A DNA stretch of 64,000 bases from Candidatus Omnitrophota bacterium. GTDB lineage: Bacteria > Omnitrophota > Omnitrophia > Omnitrophales > Aquincolibacteriaceae. The number at the start of each line of letters is the position of its first letter. Within the stretch, counting starts at the first letter, position 1. The position numbers and the translations under genes are program-made. The notes under the pieces are model-generated. The model saw only the letters and a program-made list of their open reading frames with translations. It was not told where the DNA came from and did not search any database. Location of the stretch: positions 22,958-86,957 of the forward strand of contig CAISGE010000015.1 of the NCBI GenBank assembly GCA_903884815.1, given 5' to 3'. Shown in pieces: positions 57,138-64,000 of the stretch.

Positions 57138-58829
57138 ATGGAGAAACCCGTGTTCAAACTTAAGCCTGTCCCTGAGGACCTGCTGTTTCTTTCGTTGATC
57201 TTGGGTGCCGCGGTCCTCATGGCGTGGCCGTTGTTTAGCAATAGCCTCCTCGATGCTCACGATTCGATCGCTTATTATTCAAAAGCTGTCGCCGTCCATC
57301 AGTCCTGGCGAGAGGGCGATTTCCTGGCACGCTGGTCCCCCCATATCAACCAGGGGTACGGCTACCCCAACCTCAATTTCTACTCGCCTCTTTTTTTCTA
57401 CATTGCGGCAAGCTGCATGTTCTTTTTTCCTTTGGTTCTGGGTTTCCACGTTGCGATCTTTGTCTGCCTTTTCCTTTCAGGCGTTTCGATGTATTTCTTT
57501 GCCCGGGAGCTATGGGGCAGACAGGGAGGGTTGTTGTCTTCGGTCGCGTATCTTTTTGCGCCCTATCATGCGTTAGATATTTATATGCGCGCTGCAGTGG
57601 GAGAGGCGACAGCCTTTATTTTTTTTCCGCTGATCTTGTTGGCTTTTTACCGTCTTTCCCGGGGCGTCGTGCTGCGCGATATCCTGATCGGGGTGTTCGG
57701 CGTTGCAGGGCTTTTTCTTTCTCATCCGCTGGCCACTTTCATTTTTCTCCCGTGGGCCGTCGGTTACGGCCTTTTCCTTTGGGCGGCGGCGGGGCGTTTT
57801 GAGGTACGGAAGCTGATGGCGATGGGTTTTGTTTTTGGAGGAGCTCTTTGGGTGACTGCCTATTTTGTACTTCCCTCCATGCTTGAGCAGCCATTCGTTC
57901 ATATTGAAAGATTTCTTAACATTGATTATCGGGAAAATTTTCTTCGTCTGGGGCATGTCTTCTATGCTCCGTGGAAGTTCCGGGGAGCAAGTGCTCGGGA
58001 AGCAATCGTTCCCGGCGAGGTCCATTTATTGGCGGTGTTGGTTCTTCTCCTGTTCTGGAGGAGGATCGTCCTGACAGTGAAAGGAGCCGGACGGCAGATG
58101 CTTTTTTTCCTTGCACTTTTTATCCTGGCGATCTTTTTTACCTTACCCGTGTCTGCCCCGTGCTGGAGGATCATCCCGAAGCTGGCTTATGTGCAATTCC
58201 CATGGCGATTTATGATGCTGGCGGCGCTCTCGCTCTCTTTTTTGTCAGGAGGTGTTATTTGCTTGTTCTCGCCTCGCTTGCGCAAGGTCGCCTTGTTTCT
58301 TGGCTGCATTCTGTTCATTTGTTTCAATCTTTCTTACTGCAGGGTTTTTTATTTGAAGATCCATGAAACGAGATCCACGGAGGCGTATGTCAGGACATTG
58401 AAATCTCATGAATCGGGTGGATTTGTACCGAAGTGGGTTGAAAATGGCAGGATCCTGTCTCCCGCTAAAAAAGTGCAGGTCACCCGCGGGGAGGCGCAGG
58501 TCGTGGAGGAGGGGGGCAGCCCTCTTGACAGACGCTTTCATGTGACCGCCGCGACGCTCGCAACCTTGTGTTTTTATTCCTATTATTTCCCGGGGTGGGA
58601 GGTTTTTGTGAATGGCAGGGCCACAGAGATCTATCCGTCGAATCCTTTTGGCTTGATCCTTTTCAAGGTGCCCCCTGGAGATTCCTCCGTGAGGGTGCAT
58701 TTTGGGACCACTCCTGTCAGGCAATGGGGCGAGATCCTCTCGCTATCTTCGGTGCTCTTCCTGGCGCTGATCATGATCTTCCGGAAAAGAGTCGATGCCT
58801 GGCTGGCCGGCGGCGCCCCTCCTATGTAA
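57138..58829 (+). CDS. PTPS-related / YfhO-like GT-C membrane protein
   Basis: GYGYPNLNFYSPL, YLFAPYH, VQFPWRF, YYFPGW motifs. Confidence 0.75.
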   Translation: MEKPVFKLKPVPEDLLFLSLILGAAVLMAWPLFSNSLLDAHDSIAYYSKAVAVHQSWREGDFLARWSPHINQGYGYPNLNFYSPLFFYIAASCMFFFPLVLGFHVAIFVCLFLSGVSMYFFARELWGRQGGLLSSVAYLFAPYHALDIYMRAAVGEATAFIFFPLILLAFYRLSRGVVLRDILIGVFGVAGLFLSHPLATFIFLPWAVGYGLFLWAAAGRFEVRKLMAMGFVFGGALWVTAYFVLPSMLEQPFVHIERFLNIDYRENFLRLGHVFYAPWKFRGASAREAIVPGEVHLLAVLVLLLFWRRIVLTVKGAGRQMLFFLALFILAIFFTLPVSAPCWRIIPKLAYVQFPWRFMMLAALSLSFLSGGVICLFSPRLRKVALFLGCILFICFNLSYCRVFYLKIHETRSTEAYVRTLKSHESGGFVPKWVENGRILSPAKKVQVTRGEAQVVEEGGSPLDRRFHVTAATLATLCFYSYYFPGWEVFVNGRATEIYPSNPFGLILFKVPPGDSSVRVHFGTTPVRQWGEILSLSSVLFLALIMIFRKRVDAWLAGGAPPM

Positions 58830-58886
58830 GCGCGTTCGTAACGCCCGCTTCTCATTGTGGGCGTTTTTTGTTATGATACGCCCCCT

Positions 58887-59669
58887 ATGCAGACCTTATC
58901 CCTCAGACAGAACAATATTTTGCGTGGTGTCATCGAAACGCATATCGAAACGACCCAACCCGTGGGGTCCCGTTCGATCGCCGAGAAATATGCCACCTCC
59001 TTTTCTCCCGCGACCATCCGGAACGAAATGGGAGCCCTGGAAGAAATGGGTTATCTTTCACATCCCCACACTTCGTCCGGCCGCCTTCCCACAGACTGCG
59101 GCTATCGTTATTATCTGGATCATACGCCTTTCGAAGATCATTCCGAGGAGTCCCTCAGCCGTCTCAAAAAAGAGCTCGTCCCCGCGGCAAGCCCTCAAAT
59201 GTTGGAGGAGTTCCTCGACCATGTTTCTCTGCTTTTGTCCTCTTTATCCCAGGAAGTTGGATTGACCCTGATGCCCGGCGCGGAAGCGAAGACGTCTTCA
59301 AAGTCGGGCAGGACCCGGCTTGCTTTACAGGGACTCCCTTATATCCTTGAAAAGCCTGAATTCCAGGATGTTCGGAAAGTCCGGAATTTGCTGGGCGTGT
59401 TCGAGGAAAAAGTGACGCTTACCCAATGGGTGCTGACGCACGTTGATTCCGAGCATGTTTCGGTCTCGGTAGGCCACGAGCACTCGCAAGAGGCTTTGGA
59501 AGATTGCTCGATCGTGGCGGCGCGTTATGACGCCGGGGAAAACCGCCGCGGCGTGATCGCGATCCTGGGGCCCAAGCGCATGGCGTACCGGCAGATCATC
59601 CCGCTGGTTTCGCGCATGGCAGTTGTGGTAGGCCATATGTTTGAACGAATGGAGCCCGAAATCTTATGA
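58887..59669 (+). CDS. hrcA: Heat-inducible transcription repressor HrcA (short form)
   Basis: PVGSR, SPATIRNEMGALEEMGYL, HTSSGRLPT, GYRYY, LGPKRMAY. Confidence 0.92.
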   Translation: MQTLSLRQNNILRGVIETHIETTQPVGSRSIAEKYATSFSPATIRNEMGALEEMGYLSHPHTSSGRLPTDCGYRYYLDHTPFEDHSEESLSRLKKELVPAASPQMLEEFLDHVSLLLSSLSQEVGLTLMPGAEAKTSSKSGRTRLALQGLPYILEKPEFQDVRKVRNLLGVFEEKVTLTQWVLTHVDSEHVSVSVGHEHSQEALEDCSIVAARYDAGENRRGVIAILGPKRMAYRQIIPLVSRMAVVVGHMFERMEPEIL

Positions 59670-60325
59670 GTCATCACCACAAGAAAAATCATCACGAAAA
59701 ACAGGACGAAGGGAAAAAGATGGCGGAGGACGGCAAGGTCGAGGATGCCGCGGCTTCGCAAAATGGCGGAAAAGTAGAAGTTCCGGCGCAGGAATACGAG
59801 GCGCTTAAGAAGAAGGTCGAAGAGCTTGAAGGCTTGCGAGAAAAATTCTTACTTGCGGCGGCGGATTTCGAGAACGCGAAGAAACGGAACGCGCGCGACA
59901 AAGAAGATTTTATCAAGTTCAGCCAGGAACGGATCCTGAGGGAACTGATCCCCGTTCTGGATAATTTTGAAAGGGCGGTCGGTCACGCGACGACGGCTTC
60001 CGCGAGCGCGACCTCGTATGAGGCGCTGCTGCAGAATTTGAAGACGCTGCTTTCGGGGGTAGAGAGAGTGCAGAAGCAGTTTACCGATGCTCTCAAGTTG
60101 CACGGTCTCAAAAGGGTCGAGACTGCCGGGCAGATGTTCAACCCGCATTTCCACGAAGTGGTTGCCCATGTGCCTGAGGAAGGACCGGAAGATCAGATCG
60201 TCGATGAACTTGAACCGGGCTACACCCTTCATGACCGTCTCCTCCGGGCCGCCAAGGTCCGCGTTCGTGTATCGCCCCAGCCTCAAACGCCCGCTTCCGA
60301 GGAGAAGCAGGAAGAAATCACTTAA
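59666..60325 (+). CDS. grpE: Nucleotide exchange factor GrpE
   Basis: ADFENAKKR, LIPVLDNFERA, FNPHFHE, GYTLHDRLLRAAKV. Confidence 0.95.
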   Translation: MSHHHKKNHHEKQDEGKKMAEDGKVEDAAASQNGGKVEVPAQEYEALKKKVEELEGLREKFLLAAADFENAKKRNARDKEDFIKFSQERILRELIPVLDNFERAVGHATTASASATSYEALLQNLKTLLSGVERVQKQFTDALKLHGLKRVETAGQMFNPHFHEVVAHVPEEGPEDQIVDELEPGYTLHDRLLRAAKVRVRVSPQPQTPASEEKQEEIT

Positions 60326-60330
60326 AACGC

Positions 60331-60394
60331 GCTCAACGTGCAACGGGCAACGCACAAAAAAAGAATGTTGCGCGCAGATCGTTGAGCGTTGCGC
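60331..60394. repeat. Heptamer-periodic inverted repeat
   Basis: gctcaac gtgcaac gggcaac gcacaaa ... gttgcgc ... gttgagc gttgcgc. Confidence 0.7.
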
Positions 60395-60409
60395 GATTCC
60401 GAAGGAATT

Positions 60410-61501
60410 ATGGCAAAACGCGATTACTATGAAGTGTTGGGTGTGACCAAGGCGTCGGACAGCGAGACGATCAAGAAAAGCTACCGCAAGCTTGCCTTGC
60501 AGCATCATCCTGACCGCAATCCCGGAAATCACGCCGCGGAAGAGAAATTTAAGGAAGCCGCGGAAGCCTACGCCGTCCTCAGCGATCCGGACAAGCGAGC
60601 CCGCTACGACCAGTACGGGCACAGCCTGGGAGGTCAGGGCTTCTCCGGTTTCGAAGGTTTCGAGGATGCCTTTGGCGGCTTCAGCGATATCTTCGGCGAT
60701 CTTTTTGAGGGTTTTTTCGGAGGCGATGGCGGAAGACGCCGCGGTCGCGGGCAGCGGGGTGCCGATCTGGAATACACGGTGGAGCTCGAGCTCGCCGAAG
60801 TTCTCACGGGAAAGACCTTTGATCTGGAAATTCCGCGCAAGGAAACCTGCATTGAATGCCAGGGCACGGGCGCGGAAAAAGGTTCTCGGAAAACGACATG
60901 CTCCGATTGCGGGGGGCGCGGCGAGGTTCGGGTTTCCCAAGGGTTTTTCACGATCCGCAGGACCTGCCCGAGATGCCACGGGGAGGGAGAGTCGATCGAG
61001 AAACCCTGCCAGACTTGTCGCGGAGAAGGTCGCGTCCGGAAAACACGCAAGCTTCAGGTGAAGATCCCAGCCGGGATCGAGCACGGTTCCAAACTTCGTG
61101 TGACGGGAGAGGGCGAGGCGGGACAGGGCGGCGGATCACGCGGCGATCTTTACATCCCGGTGTTGATCAAAAAGAATAAGACCTTCGAGCGGCAGGGGCA
61201 TGACATTTATTGTGAGGTGCTGATCCCGTACACGGTGGCGGTGTTGGGCGGCGAAGTGGAAGTTCCGACACTGACCGGGAAAACGCGGCTTGAGGTTTCA
61301 AGTGGAACTCCGGCCGGCAAGGTGCTTAAGATCAAGGGCGAGGGTGTTCCGGCCTTCGGCATGGAGGAGCGCCGCGGGGACCAATATGTGAAAGTGGATA
61401 TTGAGATCCCGACCAAACCCAGCAAGATCGAGCGCGAGCTCCTGGAGAAATTGGCAGCCGAGCGCAAAGAAAAGATCAGCGGCAAAAAAAGTTTCTTTTA
61501 A
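60410..61501 (+). CDS. dnaJ: Chaperone DnaJ
   Basis: [11 protein letters not shown], four CxxCxGxG repeats. Confidence 0.97.
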   Translation: MAKRDYYEVLGVTKASDSETIKKSYRKLALQHHPDRNPGNHAAEEKFKEAAEAYAVLSDPDKRARYDQYGHSLGGQGFSGFEGFEDAFGGFSDIFGDLFEGFFGGDGGRRRGRGQRGADLEYTVELELAEVLTGKTFDLEIPRKETCIECQGTGAEKGSRKTTCSDCGGRGEVRVSQGFFTIRRTCPRCHGEGESIEKPCQTCRGEGRVRKTRKLQVKIPAGIEHGSKLRVTGEGEAGQGGGSRGDLYIPVLIKKNKTFERQGHDIYCEVLIPYTVAVLGGEVEVPTLTGKTRLEVSSGTPAGKVLKIKGEGVPAFGMEERRGDQYVKVDIEIPTKPSKIERELLEKLAAERKEKISGKKSFF

Positions 61502-61508
61502 CCCGATC

Positions 61509-61535
61509 AATTCCGGGAATTGAATTCCCGGAATT
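61509..61535. repeat. TTCCGGGAATT palindrome, copy 3
   Basis: aattccgggaatt-g-aattcccggaatt. Confidence 0.85.
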
Positions 61536-61558
61536 AGTAGGGTGGGGGAGGATGTGCT

Positions 61559-61990
61559 ATGGAATATTTTGATTATAAATATCGGGTGATTTACGCGGAT
61601 ACGGACCAGATGGGGATCACCTATTACGCGAACTACCTCAAGTGGTTCGAGGCGGGTCGCAATGAATATTTCCGGACGCTGGGATTTCCCTACACGGAAT
61701 GCGAGAAAAAGGGGATCTACCTGCCGGTCGCGGAAGCGCATGTGAATTATCTTTCGCCGTCCACCTACGACGATGACATTATCGTGAGGACCAGTGTCGC
61801 GGAGATCGGGAACAGCACGCTGCGCTTTGAATACCAGGTGATGAACGCGAAGACCCATGTCGTGGTCGCGACGGGATCGACGCTCCATGTGTTCGTGAAC
61901 AAGGCGATGAAACCCTGCCGCGTTCCCGAGGAGATCAAGGCGGTCGTGAAAGAGCACGTGCTTCTCAAAAAGAGATGCCGGTGTAAATGA
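61559..61990 (+). CDS. Acyl-CoA thioesterase (YbgC/FadM hot-dog family)
   Basis: RVIYADTDQMGITYYANYLKWFEAGR. Confidence 0.9.
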   Translation: MEYFDYKYRVIYADTDQMGITYYANYLKWFEAGRNEYFRTLGFPYTECEKKGIYLPVAEAHVNYLSPSTYDDDIIVRTSVAEIGNSTLRFEYQVMNAKTHVVVATGSTLHVFVNKAMKPCRVPEEIKAVVKEHVLLKKRCRCK

Positions 61991-61995
61991 GACGC

Positions 61996-62063
61996 GTTCA
62001 ACGCGCAACGCACAACGTGAAAGCTTGAAAAAGCCGTTGAGCGTTGACCGTTGCGCGTTGTGC
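61996..62063. repeat. Heptamer-periodic inverted repeat
   Basis: gttcaac gcgcaac gcacaac ... gttgagc gttgacc gttgcgc gttgtgc. Confidence 0.78.
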
Positions 62064-62101
62064 CAGTGAATGTGAGAATGCCTCGAAAAGGAAAGACCAA
62101 G

Positions 62102-63139
62102 ATGCCTAAGAATATAAGAGTATCCGTGATCGGCGATGGCGGTTGGGGGACGGCGCTTGCGCTCGTGAATCTTCGACGCGGGAATGACGTCATGATCTGG
62201 TCTGCCTTCCCAGAATACGCCAAAGTTCTCATGAAAAAACGCGAGAACGTCAAATTTCTGCCCGGCGTGAAACTGCCGAAAGCCCTGTGCGTGACGTCCG
62301 ATCTTAAAGAAGCCGTGGTATTCGGCGATGTGCTGGTGCTGGCCGTGCCGTCGCAATTCCTCCGGCATGTCCTCCTGAAACTGAAAGGTCTTCCGTATCA
62401 GAAAAAGATCCTGGTCAGCACTGCCAAGGGGATCGAGAAAAAAACGTGCCTGCGGCCCTCCCAGATTATCCGTGAGGTGCTTGGGCAAAAGGTTCGGATC
62501 GTCGCGCTCTCCGGTCCTTCTCACGCCGAAGAAGTCGCGCGGAATATCCCGACGCTCGTGGTCGCGGCCTCAGACGATGCCGCCAGCGCAAAATGCGTTC
62601 AGGAATATTTCCGTGATCCGAAATTCCGTGTCTATGTCCAGAAGGATGTGACGGGCGTGGAGCTCGGAGGCGCGCTCAAGAACGTGATCGCGATCGCCGC
62701 GGGGGTCTGTGACGGCCTCCAGTTCGGGGACAACACCAAGTCAGGACTTCTCACGCGCGGCATTTATGAAATGGTGCGCCTCGGCGTTAAAATGGGCGCG
62801 AGCCCGGATACCTTCTTCGGGCTTTCCGGGATCGGCGATCTGATCACGACCTGTTTCTCCAAGCACGGCCGCAACCTTTTTGTCGGCCGCGAGCTCGGGA
62901 AAGGCCGCAAGATCAAAAAGATCCTGGGCGGGATGGAAATGGTCGCGGAAGGTGTCGATACGGCTTTAAGCGCGCATCAGCTCTGCGAACGTGTGGGGCT
63001 CGACCTGCCGATCCTGCGTGAAGTTCACAGTATGCTCTACAAGCACAAGACCCCGGCCGCAGCCGTTGCCTCGCTTCTTTCCCGAACGCCTTACGACGAG
63101 TGGAAGGCGTTCGACCTCACCTCTCCCAAGCGGAAATAA
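62102..63139 (+). CDS. gpsA: NAD(P)H-dependent glycerol-3-phosphate dehydrogenase
   Basis: GDGGWGTALA, KGIE, SGPSHAEE, GGALKNVIAI, GDLITTC. Confidence 0.96.
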   Translation: MPKNIRVSVIGDGGWGTALALVNLRRGNDVMIWSAFPEYAKVLMKKRENVKFLPGVKLPKALCVTSDLKEAVVFGDVLVLAVPSQFLRHVLLKLKGLPYQKKILVSTAKGIEKKTCLRPSQIIREVLGQKVRIVALSGPSHAEEVARNIPTLVVAASDDAASAKCVQEYFRDPKFRVYVQKDVTGVELGGALKNVIAIAAGVCDGLQFGDNTKSGLLTRGIYEMVRLGVKMGASPDTFFGLSGIGDLITTCFSKHGRNLFVGRELGKGRKIKKILGGMEMVAEGVDTALSAHQLCERVGLDLPILREVHSMLYKHKTPAAAVASLLSRTPYDEWKAFDLTSPKRK

Positions 63140-63182
63140 AAAAGGCCGATTCCTTTTCACATCGAAGGAACGGCCTTTTTTT
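63138..63182. terminator. Bidirectional intrinsic terminator
   Basis: aaaaaaggccg.ttcc...ggaacggccttttttt. Confidence 0.8.
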
Positions 63183-63244
63183 ATGTTGCCTATCGCAAAG
63201 CTAGCTTTATCCACCTACCACATACTACCGACTGTGTGAGGCTT

Positions 63245-64000
63245 TTACGCCACCTTCGGCATCTCGATCGACGGTCCTTCGTCGACCTTGCCGCCCACGC
63301 GCGGGAACAGATCATCCCACTTGAGTGTTAAGCTGATCGTGAATCCCTGAGAGTACGTTGTGTACGTTCCGTCTACCGAAGAATTAGAGAGCGAAGGGTT
63401 CTCAGCGATGCTGTTATTGATGCGTCGTCTGAAATAGAACGAGTTGTAATAGCAGAGGTCCAGGACAAGATATTTGTTGATGTTGTAACCAGCTCCCATG
63501 GATAGAGCTAAATGGTTAGCGTCCGGGACTGCGGGAGTGAAATGGTCTTTCGGTATTGGCGTCCAATAGAACCAGCTTCCACCCCTCAGCGTTAAATTCT
63601 TTGTCAGCTTATGGCTTGCGCCCAATTGTAGGCCGTAGCCATCCCTCCAGTCTTTATCCGAGCCGGAGGAATTTCCAACACCATCCAGGATCGTATTGTT
63701 CCAGACTCCAGGCGCCGGATCAGCCGGAACTCTAAGGCGTTTGTGCACCGACCAGTGTGTCCAGGTGAAATCTGCCTCATAATGCGTTTTTTCTGTTGGC
63801 TGGAAGGCATAAGCCCAGGTCATATTCATGGGCAGATTGACTTTGGTGTGAACGCCTGTCTCGAAATCACTGGGTCCCCACAATGTGCTGGCCCCTTCGA
63901 CCTTTACCTGGCCTCTCGCCTTCACAACCACCGGGCCTCGGACGTAATAGCCGAGGCGATGTTTCGGAGTGAGCTTGAGCAGCGTGCCGAGTTGCCATCC
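63245..64000 (-). CDS. FadL/OmpP1 family outer-membrane transporter (5' end outside window)
   Basis: Open frame to the window edge; NLP...WTHWS...WRDG...LTLRGG...TP...PAVPDAN pattern of FadL barrels. Confidence 0.8.
   Translation of the reverse strand, partial: GWQLGTLLKLTPKHRLGYYVRGPVVVKARGQVKVEGASTLWGPSDFETGVHTKVNLPMNMTWAYAFQPTEKTHYEADFTWTHWSVHKRLRVPADPAPGVWNNTILDGVGNSSGSDKDWRDGYGLQLGASHKLTKNLTLRGGSWFYWTPIPKDHFTPAVPDANHLALSMGAGYNINKYLVLDLCYYNSFYFRRRINNSIAENPSLSNSSVDGTYTTYSQGFTISLTLKWDDLFPRVGGKVDEGPSIEMPKVA

Noticed and set aside
14831-62524. Long antisense ORFs (e.g. 14831-15994, 19360-20358, 43042-44034, 53019-54209, 59849-61084, 61298-62524)
   Set aside because: They are shadows of well-supported opposite-strand genes in GC-rich DNA and have no motifs.
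1-64000. tRNA/rRNA genes, integrase, transposase, prophage
   Set aside because: No such signatures were recognised by eye; a tRNAscan/Infernal run would be needed to exclude them formally.

Overview
A 64-kb, GC-rich chromosomal window from a diderm bacterium (FadL porin, lipoproteins, AsmA-like protein). Gene style is compatible with the PVC superphylum / Omnitrophota, but that is inference only. The backbone is housekeeping: an 11-subunit complex-I-like nuo operon lacking nuoEFG, thiC, ispG, ispH, mqnE, greA, nth, trxA, era, PPi-type pfk, htpX, an EfpL-type EF-P paralog, an ECF sigma/anti-sigma/Spy locus, hrcA-grpE-dnaJ and gpsA. The most striking non-housekeeping signal is a repertoire of six complete type IV pilin-like genes with no assembly genes nearby. 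Three are dispersed solo copies ending in GCTI (one frameshifted) and three form a tandem array with a small accessory gene. They have conserved N-termini, divergent disulfide-closed C-termini, and all six carry the same promoter/leader architecture with exact spacing (C-run ... TGn-TAYAGT-N14-GACGA). The solo copies also share an ATGACG-N21-CGTCAT leader hairpin. Intergenic space holds several distinct palindromic repeat families, some inserted in-frame in genes. Other oddities are an AhbAB/NirDL fusion that has lost both HxYxR motifs upstream of thiC, a kinase-deaminase fusion, a 1394-aa repeat-domain surface protein and a GH144-like secreted enzyme. No rRNA, tRNA, CRISPR array, integrase or transposase was recognised.
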